Assembly (NCBI GenBank): GCA_964016885.1
Contig: OZ024749.1
Span: 20,956,001-21,020,000 of the forward strand
Reading direction: 5' to 3'
Length of the DNA: 64,000 nucleotides
Source of the DNA: Eledone cirrhosa
Lineage: Eukaryota
A program made the position numbers and the translations under genes. The stretch's first letter is position 1. Every line of letters starts with the position of its first letter. A model generated the notes under the pieces. The model was not told the origin of the DNA. It did no database searches and saw nothing but the letters and a program-made list of their open reading frames with translations. This document shows, one piece after another, positions 1 to 13,408 of this stretch.

Positions 1-982
1 TCCACCACCACCCAGAGCTGGTATGCATAATAGATAGTAAGTATATCTTTACAATTACCATTTTCCCTGCTGTGTGAACAAGCCACCTATCCCATTCCAG
101 CGAAATTTAAGAGGCAATAAGGAAGGACTAAATCCTAATTACCCAACAATTATATCACAAATACAAGGAAACCAGTTACTCAATAACACATGTAATTCTA
201 TAAGGTTTAAGGAGATTTTTTTTTTTTTTTCAAAACATTCTCGCATGTCCAATATATGGCGACAAATTGTCAAAGCTGTCACCAAAGAGTATTTATTTTC
301 AGTTAAATCGAAATGATAAAGAGGTTGGGAAGAGAAAAATAAAGAAAAAAACTGCAATCCTAACTATAATTACAAAAATCAACAAGTTTAAATAATTTAA
401 CCCTCCCCCAACTAAAATGTTATGGTTTAAACCTGCATGGGTTTAGCAAATGACCAACTGTGTAGTTACATCACACAGGTCTTTGAGGGATCCCAACGCT
501 ATATTATGTTTATTTAAAATATAACTTTACTTTTAAGATAATTAATTTATCAACATGTCTCATTGCAGTGGTCAGCTAAATCAATGAGAATTATCTCAAA
601 TAACACACTATTACTGTCCTTCTGCACCACATGAAAACACTAGAAAGTGTGAAACAGCTCTACAACTGCAATACATTAAAAATTAAAGCCTTTACGCTAA
701 TACTACTAATGTTCCCAATTTGTCCACTGATAAATATGCTGTATGAGGTCAACTTTGCCCTTCACCAATTCAAGGTCAATAAAAAGTAAAGTACGAGCCT
801 AGCACTGGAGTTGACTTCCTCTATATCTGTTACTTCCTTTCTCTGGAAGAAATCTGCTGTATTCAGACCAGGGAGATGGGCTCCACCAGATTTTAAAATG
901 TCCTAGAAACGCGGTATGTCAATACAACAACCCTATCACTATATCAGAAGTAATGGGACCATGCATTCATGTACATGTATGT

Positions 983-1368
983 GAAGGCACATGGCTTAGT
1001 GGTTAGAGCATTGGGCTTGCAATTGAAAGGTTGAGTTCAATTCTCGGACAGGGTGATGTGTTGTTTCCTTGAGCAAGACACTTTATTTCACATTGCTCCA
1101 GTTTACTCAGCTGTAGAAATGAGATGATAGGACTGGGGTCCCTATCATTCCACTGCAAAGTGGTCATGGAGGTGCCATGGCAAAAAAGTACACAGCACTC
1201 ACTGTAAATGAGGTTGGTGTTAGGAAGGGCATCCAGCTATAGAAATCAAGCCAGAATCAGTTCCCATATGAGCAAGACATGGTCAGCCGAATGGCTACTG
1301 CCCACAACGGGACAACCCGTCTAACCCATGCTAGCGTGGAAGAACGGACGTAAAACGGTGATGATGAT
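983..1368 (+). mobile_element. tRNA-derived SINE family A (CORE-like centre, RTE-like 3' tail), full length
   Basis: A box TGGCTTAGTGG and B box GAGTTCAATTC, then CTTGAGCAAGACACTTTATTTCACATTGCTCCAG, AGGAAGGGCATCCAGCT and a (TGA)n tail. Near-identical copies at 7565-7898(-) and 36967-37305(+); partial copies near 10450, 26570, 32340 and 34530. Confidence 0.85.
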
Positions 1369-1644
1369 ACTGTAAACATTTGAAAATCTCACAAAACCAC
1401 ATTAATCAGACATTCTTGAAAAGTACAAAACACCATGACTGCATCAGGTTATAAAAAAAACCTCCCACATTCTTAGAAAGCACAAAGCTGCATATAACGA
1501 ATGTCTTTAAATACCATACTGCAAATGTTCACAATCTGTCTACTAGTAAAGATACTATAAACATTTGAATTAACAAACCTGCTTCAGATACTTTCTGCCA
1601 TAACATTACAGAATGTTTAACCCTTTCGTATTTACATTATATAA

Positions 1645-1815
1645 AGGTAGAGGGTCGGACACGATGCTTTGATGCATAGAGTTACGGCCCTTGCCATTCT
1701 GAGTTCAAACCGTGCCGAGGTTAACTTTGCCTTTCATCCTTACGGGGTCGATAAAATAAAGTACCAGTAATGTACTTGGTAATTGTTGGCCTTGTGCCAA
1801 AAGTAGAAACAATTA
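1645..1815 (+). mobile_element. tRNA-derived SINE family B (Meta-domain-like core), inserted in a piggyBac-type MITE
   Basis: GAGTTCAAA B box followed by GAGGTTAACTTTGCCTTTCATCCTTACGGGGTCGATAAAATAAAGTACCAG. More than 10 copies in the window, e.g. ~6915, 10085, 17615, 18358, 20275(-), 21000(-), 29116(-), 31122, 33730, 38262, 61506(-). Confidence 0.85.
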
Positions 1816-3537
1816 TATATACTATTGTATTTTCACAGTAAACACATAACTATTTCACATAATATTGATATTTATTTTGGGAACAATACCATAACATAAA
1901 TATGAGTGGCCAGTTACGGCTGGTTTGAACAGAAAGAAATAATGAGAGAATTCTGGCCAGATACAGCTGGTTTAAAGGCTTAAAAGCTTAAATCCATCAC
2001 TTTAATAAAAAAAATTATACCAAGCTGCAATGCTATTATCGAAATTAACCCCCATACGTACCCAGAGTGCAAGCTACACTACTAAGCCAGAGCTAACCAC
2101 CAGTAAGGTATCCAATATATACCTAGAGTACAACACTGCACCATACCAAGCTGTTACGATACTCTGGTAAAGTTAACATCCACAAATAAAACTGAAAGCA
2201 AGTTATTGTATCAACCACACAGGCCACCTAAGTTTGTAGACAATAATCACTGGTTTACTGCAAAAGTAGCAGAGGACTGCATGTATGTGTTGTAACAGAC
2301 AGAACAAATATCACATAGGCTGTCTTCTACTAAAAGCACTGGTTTCTGGTTGCAAGATATATATGATGAGGGGTTTCCACACATATTATCTTGTACTAAA
2401 CTGAAAGTACTAGTTTCTGGTTGAAAGATATATATGATGAGAAGGGGCTACCACACAGGTTATTACAGCTCCCAAATTCTACTTAACTTTTTCATGACTG
2501 CATATCTAATGAAATACACTCATTGCCAGTGTGTTTTAATTTTGAATATAAGCAAATTTTTAATTAAATAAGATTATTTATTTGTAAGCTGATATTTAGA
2601 AGATCATTACTTAAAAAGTATGACAGGTTTTAATATAAGGATAAATACTTTTTGGCCAATTTGAGCAACACCCCATCTCAATTTAACCAACCACTAAACA
2701 GAACTTTTGATGTTTTGAGCAAAAATACAAAATCTGAAGCCAGTTAGCAACACTTCTAAGCTACATATATCATTATCATCACTTTTACATCATCTTTTCC
2801 ATGCTAGAATGGATTGGACAGAATATGTTGAGGCAATATTTTACAGCCAGATGGATGCCCTCCTTGATACTAACTCTTTCAGTCACTTCTAACACGCAGG
2901 GATATGCTTGTGTACTGCTGAAAAGGTGCCGTTGATCCCGAAGCTTCAGTAAAAGACACCAGTCTGAAATACCACACAGTGGGATTGAACCAAAGATCAT
3001 GTAACCCTACAGTGAAACCTGCATCATGTAACCCTACAGTGAAACCTGCATCTCAATCCCATTACTTACAGGCTGATTTTAAGCTAACAATGTTTTATGT
3101 TACAGGGCAGTGGTTTGTTTGGCAGTTTACGTTCTCAGTTCAAATCCCACCAAGGTCAATAAAAATAACGCACCAATCAAGCACTGGAGTCAATATAAGT
3201 GACTTTCCTTTCCCCCAAAATTATTGCTTTGGTGTCTGAATTGGAAACTAATGCCTATGAAGGTTTAGTTGAGCTCCAAATGAAACAGCAAGTACCAAGT
3301 TATATATATATACCTTACAAGCAGGGAAAAGCGGACGTAAAATGATGATATACACACACACAAACCAGCCCGAAAGTCCTATATGAGCGAGACACGGTCA
3401 CCCGACTCAATTTGCCTCTAAATGGAACAAACCCATCTAACCCATGCAAGTGTGGAAGATAGATGTTAAATGATGATAACCAAATATATACACACACACA
3501 CACACATATATATATACTGATGTACTAAACACATTAA

Positions 3538-3707
3538 CCCTTTAGCATTTAAACTGGCAGTATCTGGCCAGAATACTTTTGTGAAGGTATTGTTCTCAAA
3601 ATAAATATCAAAATGTCGTAGATTCAATATTGTGAGATATAATTGTAAATTAAGTGTTTACAGTGAAAATACAATAGTAAATATAGAGTTATGTAAATGT
3701 TAAAGGG
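3538..3707. mobile_element. ~200-bp piggyBac-type MITE
   Basis: TTAA|CCCTTTAGCATTT ... AAATGTTAAAGGG|CTAA: CCC/GGG termini and a TTAA-like target duplication. Confidence 0.75.
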
Positions 3708-3779
3708 CTAACTATAGATGTATCACAACATAGTCAACACTAATTGTGTGTATGTATGTATATACACACACATCCACCC

Positions 3780-4120
3780 ACATACTAAACACCTCAATTA
3801 TTGTTATCATATCCTCATATTAAACACCTCAATTCTCAGATATCCACACAATAAGGACTTCAATTATGGACACATACACACTGGCTGTCCACATAGTAAA
3901 CACCTTTATTATTGATAGCATATACCCACACAATAGACACTTCAATTATGGACACACAACATAGTAAGTAAACACCTCACTTATAGATATATCAGATATC
4001 TATATTCTAAACACTTCAGTTATTATTATTAAGTATCCACATAATACTAAACACCTCAATTATGGATATATCAGATATCTACATAGTAAACACTTCAATT
4101 ATGGATATATCAGATATCAC
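3780..4120. repeat. degenerate ~40-bp minisatellite
   Basis: Recurring TAAACAC(C/T)TCAATTATGGA(TATATCAGATATC) units. Confidence 0.7.
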
Positions 4121-4657
4121 CTCCCAATAATACTAACAATACCAAAATAGCTTTGATTTCTAATATGTTGAAAGACCCCTCCCCACACCCCAGCATCTCT
4201 GTTATTCAGTTCATATCCCTTGTTCTTGCTCAAGAGTCATCACAGCCGCCTCTCCCTCTCTCTATACATATATATATATATATATATATAATGTGTGTGT
4301 GTGTGTGCGTGCGTACGTACGTGTGAGAGAGTATGTATTAATAAAAAATCAATACTCATGCATATACAACTATAACACATTTTAAAAATTATGAAGGAAA
4401 AATGACCCATGTTAACCCTTGCATTTCTGAACCCCATGTGCCAGGTGTGCAGTCCCTACCCAAACCATTTGTACAAAAATCCCTGAAAGAAATGCTCATA
4501 TATTAACCCCTTTTAAAAATACTAAACTGCCCCAAACCATCCCTGGTTCCATGATGATACCAAGCTGTTTGTTTTTAAAGTGATTATATTTATCTAAAAC
4601 CTTTCCATCGTGATTTTATCTAAGAACCTCTCACTTATGTACCCAGCGCCAGTTTAA

Positions 4658-4852
4658 CCCTTTAGCATTTAAACTGGCCATATCCAGCCAGAATTCTCTC
4701 ACCTCTTTCTGTTCAAACTGGCTGTAACCAGCCACTTATACCAATGTTAAGGTATTGTTCGCAAAATAAAGAATATCAAAATCTCAGATTCGATATTATG
4801 TGAGCTACAGCCTTTACCCTGAAAATATAATAGTATATAAATAGTTAAAGGG
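4658..4852. mobile_element. piggyBac-type MITE
   Basis: TTAA|CCCTTTAGCATTT ... TAAAGGG|TTAA. Other copies at ~5085-5251, 9541, 11899, 14462 and 22750-22946. Confidence 0.8.
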
Positions 4853-5334
4853 TTAATAATGATAAAGTTCTATTTCTAAATCTGTTAATTTTTGATTATT
4901 TTTTAAATGATTTGAATATCAGTATCATATCAGAAATACAGTAGACAAAAGGTTTTTAGCTGCCATCTTATAGAAGGTTTCTTGGCTATTTAAACTCCTT
5001 TTGTTACTTCACTTCTCAAACACTGCCTATGATTATGATTTTCAAATAATTTCGAAAATAATCAAGAATTTTGAAGAAGATAAACCCTTTGGCATTTAAA
5101 CCAGTTGTATCCAGCCAGGATTCTCTCACCTCTTTTTGTTCAATGTTGTTCTCAAAATAGATATCAAAATTTCAGATTCGATATTATGTGAGGTAAAGCC
5201 TTTACTGTGAAAATACAATAGTATATATAGAGTATTGTAAATACTAAAGGGTTAATAAAAATAACTTTGGCATGTTTAAAAGCAGTTGTTTGAAACAATT
5301 TTCTCTCACAAAATCATGAAAAGTTTAAATTTAA

Positions 5335-5543
5335 CCCTTTAGCATTTTACATTATTCTATATATACTATTATTTTCGTGGTAAAGGCTTATCTTACATAA
5401 TTATCTCACACATCAAATCTACAAGATTTTGGTGTTATTTATTTTGAGAATACCTTAATGTAGGTATGAGCAACCAGTTACAGCCAGTTTGAACAGAAAA
5501 GTGAGAGTTCTGGCCGGATACGGTGTGTTTAAATGTTAAAGGG
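5335..5543. mobile_element. piggyBac-type MITE (opposite orientation)
   Basis: TTAA|CCCTTTAGCATTT ... AAATGTTAAAGGG|TTAA. Confidence 0.8.
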
Positions 5544-6312
5544 TTAAATATGAACATAACCAGAGTGGTATGGGTTGGCACGAGGAAGAGAATATAGAAT
5601 AGATATACAGCCATAGAATACTGTCTCACTCAATCCATTCCAATAGTATAGACAAGGCAGACATAGATTACATACATAAAGGGGATACAGACACAGAGAC
5701 ACGGCTGAATAAAACATCTCCACCTTCTAACTGCCAGCCTGCCTATTTACGAGCTTCAAATATTCAGGGTTTTAAAATCAGTGGAATGAAAGCAATAAAA
5801 GTTCCACTTACATGCTCTAACCATTATAAAATAGATCAAAGCAAATCTAATTCACTGTAATTATTAACCACACTTTGGAAGCAGTAAATAATTACTATGG
5901 TTTAGATATATTTTTATGCTTGCCACTCTCTGCAAACCAACAATTTGTAGTCACACCACTGCCACCACCAAATTGATGGCGTTAATCTGGGCAAGAATTA
6001 TATAACAAGCGTTCTTTTTTTTTTTTAAATTATAAATTTGGTATAGGGGCTATAATTTTCTCTTTCATACAATACATTGTTGCTCTTATTATGGCCTGCA
6101 TCTCTTAAATTTTAGCCAGGCTCCTATGATTTTACATCTCAGGAGGTTTCTTGTGTCTTAACTATTTCAATATATTCCTAATGAAAGAAACTACCAATGA
6201 TTTTCGAAATAAAAAAAAAAAAAAAAAAAAAAAAGTTGAGGGATTTTCTCTGGTGTTTGAAACATTATCTCATCACAAGAAAAAGCAAGCTATGAAAGAA
6301 AATTCAATTTAA

Positions 6313-6463
6313 CCCTTTAGCATTTACATTACTCTATATTTACATTTTCACAATAAAGGCATTATTTCACATAATATCGAATCTGAGATTTTTATATTTA
6401 TTTTGAGAATACCTTAACATAAGTATGAGTGGCTAGTTACAGCTGGTTTCAAATGCTAATGGG
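6313..6463. mobile_element. piggyBac-type MITE
   Basis: TTAA|CCCTTTAGCATTT ... AAATGCTAATGGG|TTAA. Confidence 0.8.
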
Positions 6464-7106
6464 TTAAAACAGGTATTGAGTGGTCTTTTCATTGTTCATT
6501 CACAAAAATTAACATTTGAACATACATATACAAGGGTTTAAAGCACATGTGAAAACACACACCTCTTAATACCAACCCAGCCAAAACCAGCTTTAGTTCT
6601 ACAGAATAAATCCACTCACTATAAAGGGTTCCTATTTAAATAAAAACCTTCCAATATAATTTTATATAAGAACCCTCTATGTTAAGTTACTTTCACAGTA
6701 ATGAAACAATTTTAGTACCTCCCACAATCCTTCATTAATTGAAATACAGGGTTCTCTCTATGTAAATTAATATCCCCCAGTATAATTCTATAAAAGAAAC
6801 AATCATAGCAATATTTGTTATTTCAAATGAAATAATAGAACAGAAAAATATGTGCATATAAATAAACCATATCAAAATGTCATATTTTAATCATTAACAT
6901 TATTATCTGAGTAATCCCGCCGAGGTTGACTTTGCCTTTCATCTTTACGGGGTCGATAAAATAAAGTACCAGTAATGAACTGGGTATTTGCTGGCTTTGT
7001 GCCTAAAGTAGAAACAATTATTATCTGAGTAATGAAATAATTTTAGAAGATCCAAATTCATTAATCAAAAAAATATTTCATTTGAAATATGGTCATAAAA
7101 GAATTA

Positions 7107-7475
7107 CCATATATACTTGAATATAAGACCCACCCACCCTCCCCATTTGGAGAAAAGAAAGCAAAGTAGCTAATTAACACATGGTGTGGTTTTGAAATTC
7201 TCATGAGTGGAGAAAATATTTACGAAGTTTTAATGTTTTAAGTGTCATTCAGAGTATAGTTTTTGTTTCACAACTCCATTATATAATGATTTTTTTTATT
7301 TTTAACTATTTTATCCATTTTATAAAGTTTCAACAAGTTTCTTGAATTTTTTTGTTTACTTTCAAGTTAGTGGAAATCGTCAAAATACTGATCCTGAATA
7401 TAACTCACCCCTCCTTCCATTTAACTTGCAATTCTTTGGTCACATATTCCTTGGCTTACAATCAAGCATATATGG
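7107..7475. mobile_element. Tc1/pogo-type MITE
   Basis: TA|CCATATATACTTGAATATAAGAC ... GGCTTACAATCAAGCATATATGG|TA: imperfect TIRs with a TA duplication. Related copy at ~14198-14333. Confidence 0.65.
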
Positions 7476-7564
7476 TAATTTGAAAATCGGCTTTGTTGAG
7501 AAGTGATGGTTCAATTTATTTCAACTCAAACCAGCATGGAATAAAGAAATAAAATTATGATATA

Positions 7565-7898
7565 TCATTTTACGTCCGTTTTTTTCCCTGTTTGCAAGGG
7601 TGGGACAGGAACTGATTCTGGCTTGATTTCTACAGCTGGATGCCCTTCCTAACACCAACCTCCTTTACAGTGTGGGCTCGGTGCTTTTTTTGCCGTGGCA
7701 CCTCCATGACCACTTTGCAGTGGAATGATAGGGACCCCAGTCCTATCATCTCATTTCTACAGCTGAGTAAACTGGAGCAATGTGAAATAAAGTGTCTTGC
7801 TCAAGGAAACAACACATCACCCAGTCTGAGAATTGAACTCACAACCTTTCGATTGCAAGGCCCCAATGCTCTAACCAGTAAGCCATGATGTGCCTCCA
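7565..7898 (-). mobile_element. SINE family A
   Basis: Reverse complement of the 983-1368 and 36967-37305 elements. Confidence 0.85.
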
Positions 7899-8017
7899 TA
7901 TATATATATATATATATATATAGATATGTGTGTGTGTGTGTGTGAGTGATGATTGTATTCAATACATAACCAGATACTGACCACCAGTTCTAGTATCAAG
8001 ACTCAAAATATTTCACA

Positions 8018-8601
8018 CTAGGATAAGGTATTTGGGAACGCGGGCCGCCAACAGACCTAATCGTGGAAAAACTGCATGCCTGGACAATATGTAAAGAAAA
8101 TAAACCGAATACTCTGATGGCTGGATAATCTTTAAGGTTTTCCTCGATGAAGCAGGAAAAATGCAGGTTTTCACTTAATGCGGGCCCCTAAGGGATCAAG
8201 AAAATGAATTTTTTTTAATGTGCATAATATGCCTTGAAATTTCATGAAAATCGGCTAGACGTAACGCCTCAAAAAAGCTGAAAAAAAAATGAAGTTTTTC
8301 ATCTAATGCGAGCCCGAGGCCATAACAAAGTTGGATTTTCTTTGCTCACGGTATGAAGAGTGACTAATACATAGTTACAATTTCAAGGAAATCGGTCCGA
8401 TGTAACGCCTCAAAAAAACCGCACAGTTTTTCACCTAATACAGGCCCTAAGGGATCAAAAAGTCAAATTTTTTTACGTGCATAACACTCCCTGAAACATA
8501 AGTAAACATGTAAAGTTTGAAAAAAATCGGTTGGGTACTTCTTGAGTTTTAGGGATTCACATACAAACAGACAGACAGATCCTCAGTTTTATAAATATAG
8601 A
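8018..8601 (-). mobile_element. non-autonomous Helitron-like element
   Basis: Minus strand starts A|TCTATATTTATAAAA, has a (CTGT)n tract near the 5' end and internal ~130-bp subrepeats, a GC-rich subterminal imperfect hairpin (TTGGCGGCCCGCGTTCCCAA), and ends CTAG|T with no TSD. Confidence 0.7.
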
Positions 8602-9049
8602 TTACACAGGAAGGACAACATCCATATTAAAATGACTGCTCCAACTCTCCAGACAAATATATTAACTTAGACAGCTGTCAAACTGATGTTTATAGAAATT
8701 GTTACATCATGAAGCTAAGTATATCATCATCATCAATGTTTAATGTCCATTTTCCGTGCTAGATGAGTTGTTCCATGGTGAGACAAGTCAGATCAGGTAG
8801 CCATGTCTTGCTCATATAGAACCATCTCAGGCTTGATTTCTATGGCTGTGGATGTCCTTATGTAATGTCAAATGTAGGGAAAAAACACTGAACACCCCTG
8901 CATAACTAAAAGTAGGCTAGGTGAAATGTCTATAAATAATAATTGAAGTGAACTATCAGACTGGTGAATACGTTGGTTTTACCCTAGTTTCATACAGATA
9001 TACTAAACAATGTCACACCAATATAACACACATATATATATATATATAC

Positions 9050-9080
<31 letters not shown>

Positions 9081-9162
9081 CCAATATAACATATATATAT
9101 ATATATATATAGAATAAGTAAAAGCGAAGTAGTTTCAGATGTTCAAGTCCTTTAATAATAAT

Positions 9163-9236
9163 GCTGTGATATATATTTCAATGACGACACTGGCCACACT
9201 GTTCTGTGTGCGAGTGTCGTGACATCATCAGACAGC
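9163..9236 (-). ncRNA. type I hammerhead ribozyme motif in a ~185-bp element bracketed by (TA)n
   Basis: Minus strand reads GCTGT-CTGATGA-[tgtc ACGACACT..AGTGTCGT catt]-GAAA-TATATA-TC/ACAGC. Stem I GCTGT/ACAGC, canonical core, palindromic mini stem III, AUC cleavage triplet. Confidence 0.8.
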
Positions 9237-9291
9237 TTGTTACATAATAAGGTTATGTTTCCGAGGCAATCCAAGTTGAATCGACATGGAA

Positions 9292-9356
<65 letters not shown>

Positions 9357-12300
9357 AAGAAATGAAGTGAGTCATTGGGTGGGTAATGTTAACACTTTCA
9401 TTACCATATTTCTGATGAAAGACACTGCCTGTATGGCTTTTAAATCATTTTGAAAAAACAATCAAGAAATTGGAGGGATTTAGTAAATACATCCAACTTT
9501 CTCAATATTAAACTGGTGTTTAGAATATAAAGTTTCTTAACCCTTTAGCATTTACATTACTCTATATACACTATTGTATTTTGGGGGTAAAAGCCTTATC
9601 TTACTTAATTATCTCTCATAATATCGAATCTACGAGATTTTCATATTTATTTTGAGAACAATACCTTAATGTTAGTATGAGTGGCCATTTACAGCCAGTT
9701 TGAACAGTAAGAGGTAAGCAAGCATGGAAAAGTGGATCTGAAATGCTGATGCTGAACCTATAAAATTATGTGGTCCCATGCGGTACCTTGTGGCAAAGTG
9801 CAGGAAATGACAGACAGTGAAAATCAGTAATTTGGTCATCTGAAACGTGATAGCTGGGGTACAGGTTCAATGAGAGGGCTCCATACTTTTCTATGCAAGA
9901 TCAGTGCCAGTAAATGTCAAATCAATTGTACTGAGAATATACACATGTATCTATATTCCTTTCACTACCATATTTCTATTGAAAAAGAATTTGCCTGCAT
10001 GCATATATATAATCATCATCATCGTTTAACGTCTATCTTCCACGCTAGAATGGGTTTATTATAATATACATTATATACAAGATATGGTGGATTATAGTAG
10101 AAGGTCGGACGCCATGCTTTCCAGTATAGAGTTACGGCCCTTGCCATTCTGAGTTCAAACCGCGTCGAGGTTAACTTTGCCTTTCATCCTTACGGGGTCG
10201 ATAAAATAAAGTACCAGTAATGCACTGGGATATTGCTGGCCTTGTGCCAAAAGTAGAAACAATTATAAACAAGATATACACCATCAATATCAGCAATTAC
10301 CATCCATTTTCCCATGCAATCATGGGTTACAGAAGTTGTCCAGTTGTGAGACAAGCTAGGTGAGATGAGTGTCTTGCTCATACAGAACTTATTCTGGCTT
10401 GGTTTCTACAGCTGGATGCCCTTCTAAACGGCAATATATATATATATATCATCATTTTACGTCCGCTTTTCCCTGCTTGCAAGGGTGGGACGGGAACTGA
10501 TTCTGGCTTGATTTCTACAGCCGGATGCCCTTTCTAACACCAACCTCATTTACAGTGAGTGCTGGGTGCTTTTTTTCCGTTGCGCCTACACGTCCACTTT
10601 AGAGTATGGGCTGGGTGTTTTTTTGCTGTGGCACCTCCATGACCACTTTGCAGTAGAATGATAGGGACCATTATAAATATATAATATATCCACTGTAGAT
10701 ATTATAAAAACACCTTGATTGTTAGTTACAACTAGGAAGTGTTAAGATAAGATTTTCAAATGTAACAGATGCTATGATGACAAGACAATAGGGAATTTAG
10801 TCAATACAATTACTAATATATAACATGACAAGCAACAACCCTGGAAAAACAAGGTGACAGCTGTGTTTTATAGGAGATAGTAGATAGTGTTATGAAAAAA
10901 TACAACAAAATAACCATTAACCCTAGTCTTACCAACTTGGAGAAAATCGACCCTGGTTCTATGAAATAGAATATTTACTATTGTATTTTTGAAATCTATG
11001 AGATTTTGATATTTATTTTGTGAACAATACCTTATCAATATGAGCAACGAATTACACTTGGTTTGAACAGAAAGAAAGAGGCGAGAGAATTCTGGCCATA
11101 TAGGGCCGGTTTAAATGCTAAAGGATTAAGTAAACCCCTTAAAGTTCTTCATTAATTAATTGAAATAGGCTGTATCTAATTAGAAATAGTCATGAAAGGG
11201 TTAACTCTTTCTTTACCCTAATTTTTGATTAAGAGTTTTGATTAAGAGTTTGGGAAAAATCTGCTAAAATTATGATTTCATCAAGATGGTATATGTAACA
11301 TAAAAAGTAGTTATATAAACTTATAGGTTTTTATTGAAATAAGGAACCCCCTTTTTTTTTTGTAGAAAGGTTGGCAGCAATCAGGCTAATTCAATGCCAC
11401 TATCATCCTCTAAGGGATGGATGGGGCATAACAGACCAAGTCATTACTAAGCGGGAGTCACTAGACGTACAGATGGACAGTTGGGGGGAGGATCCGTTGT
11501 GTTCCTGGGATCTAGAGTGAACAAACACATACATATATATAAACACTCACACATACATATAAACACACAACAGAATCGTTTTCCATTAATGAACAAATGA
11601 CTAGTTAAAATAAAGTACCCAATACATCAAGTATGCAGGATATATATATATATATATGTATGTATGTATGTGTGTGTTTACATTTAATGTTTGTATGTTG
11701 ACAAAAGGAGATGAGTAAATTAAATGCTCGAGTCAATACAATCAACTAAATGCACTGAAGGCAGTGTCCCATGAAAGGGTTAAGAATTTTGCTTTGCAAT
11801 AAGGTTGTGTTTTTTTTCTTTCCTGGTGTCATCTTGGGCCAATGTGTTTAACATTTTTTATGACAGAACTGGGAGGATGGGAGTCTCTTGTCATTAACCC
11901 TTTAGCATTTAAACTGGCTAGAATTGATCAGCTACTCATACCAATGTTAAGGTATTGTTCTCAAAATAAATATCAAAATCTCATAGCTTTGACATTATGT
12001 GAAGTAAAGACCTTACCATGAAAATACAATAGGAAATATAGGCTAATGTAAATGCTTAAGAAGGCTGTCAAAACCTGTGCAGATACATGAAAAGATAATC
12101 CACAAACCAAGCTTCAGCACTCACAAAGCATGGGTCAGAAGACATTTTACCCAAAGTGTCACATGGCAGGGTATGTCTGATCTCTCCCTCCCCAACCACA
12201 GTCATGAAGTTCACAACACCAGAGGTTACTCCAATATTATTAGTGTTAAATGGTTAAACGAGAAAGTACAAAACTTCCTCATAAATGGGGCATCAGTTTA

Positions 12301-12683
12301 ACACAAAGTTAACCTCTTGCTATTGACGACCAACGAAGAAAAGGGTCTATTTAACTACATAATTACCAACCTGGTTGAAACCGGTTGTGGTTCTATGAAA
12401 TAAAACCACCCATTTTAAAGATTTCCAATTTAAATTAAAATCTTCCAACAATTTTATATAAGAACCTTAGATTAAGTTCCTATCCACTAAGATATGAAAT
12501 AATTCAGAATTTCAGTAAATCTCCCCAAATTCTTCATTAATTAAAATAGAGTATTTCATTAGAAATGAAGTCATGAAAGGGTTAAAAGGACTGTAGCAAC
12601 ACGAGATGAAGTAAGTACCTTGCTCAAGGACACAACACACTGCCCAGTCAGGGAATCAAATTGGTTGACAGCTCAGTCTACAC

Positions 12684-12942
12684 CCGTCATGGGCAACCTG
12701 CGAAGCTTTCTGAATGGCTCGCCTTAGTCTCCTATGTGAAATCTTTCTGATTTTTTAACCCCAACTTTTCAGTTGTAATTCATCTTTCTATAATTTTTAT
12801 GATCGAGGAAAACAACGTGCACAAATTCTGAAGAAACAACCTGAGTTACCACCCTTTTTTTTTAATGTGGGCATGTATGTAAATTAGCGCTTGCAGCCTG
12901 CCTGATGGTGAGCCATATCTCAAAAAAGGTTGCCCATGCCTA
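12684..12942. mobile_element. hAT (Charlie-like) MITE
   Basis: TIRs ..CATGGGCAACC / GGTTGCCCATG.. and a perfect 8-bp TSD GTCTACAC (12676-12683 and 12943-12950). Confidence 0.85.
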
Positions 12943-13277
12943 GTCTACACCAACACCCATAACTACATTATTCCTGCATACCTTCACTGTATACTGTACA
13001 CATGAAATATAAAGATAGCTGTATAATACATTTGATCAACAGCAACCTGTCCTCTTATCTGTTCTAGCTAACAGGCTTAAGCCATGCTGGGGCATGTCCA
13101 TTGCAGGAAACGAAAACAAGGAAATGAGTCAATCATTAGATCGAACCAAGGAAACAATGTTTCCATTGGTCTTTAAATTGTTGATACTACATGCCAGTTA
13201 TAACTCCTTGCAGATATTACGTAATATACAGTATTTTGGTCCAGAACACACTGAACTACATGGACCAGAAAACTTAC

Positions 13278-13408
13278 CCTCGGTCTTACAACCACAAACC
13301 CACTAGGCGACAAACCTTCCATTACCAGAAAAACAAGCAGCCAGTGTTTGTTGCCAATATTTTTAAGTACCATTGGCTGCTAACACACTGGGTATTCTTT
13401 ATGGTATT
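13278..13408 (-). other. candidate 131-nt exon of a minus-strand gene (5'UTR or start-codon exon)
   Basis: Non-repetitive sequence with acceptor TTTACCTTCTTTTGTTATTTAG| and donor AGG|GTAAGT. ATG at 13373 opens MVLKNIGNKHWLLVFLVMEGLSPSGFVVVRPR up to the donor; product not recognised. Confidence 0.5.

Noticed and set aside
983-1060. tRNA genes at SINE heads
   Set aside because: A and B boxes are present, but there is no complete cloverleaf and they continue into SINE bodies.
5812-5929. Possible minus-strand exon (TTTGCAG ... CAT|GTAAGT)
   Set aside because: Weak pyrimidine tract, AT-rich with stop codons, and no other support.
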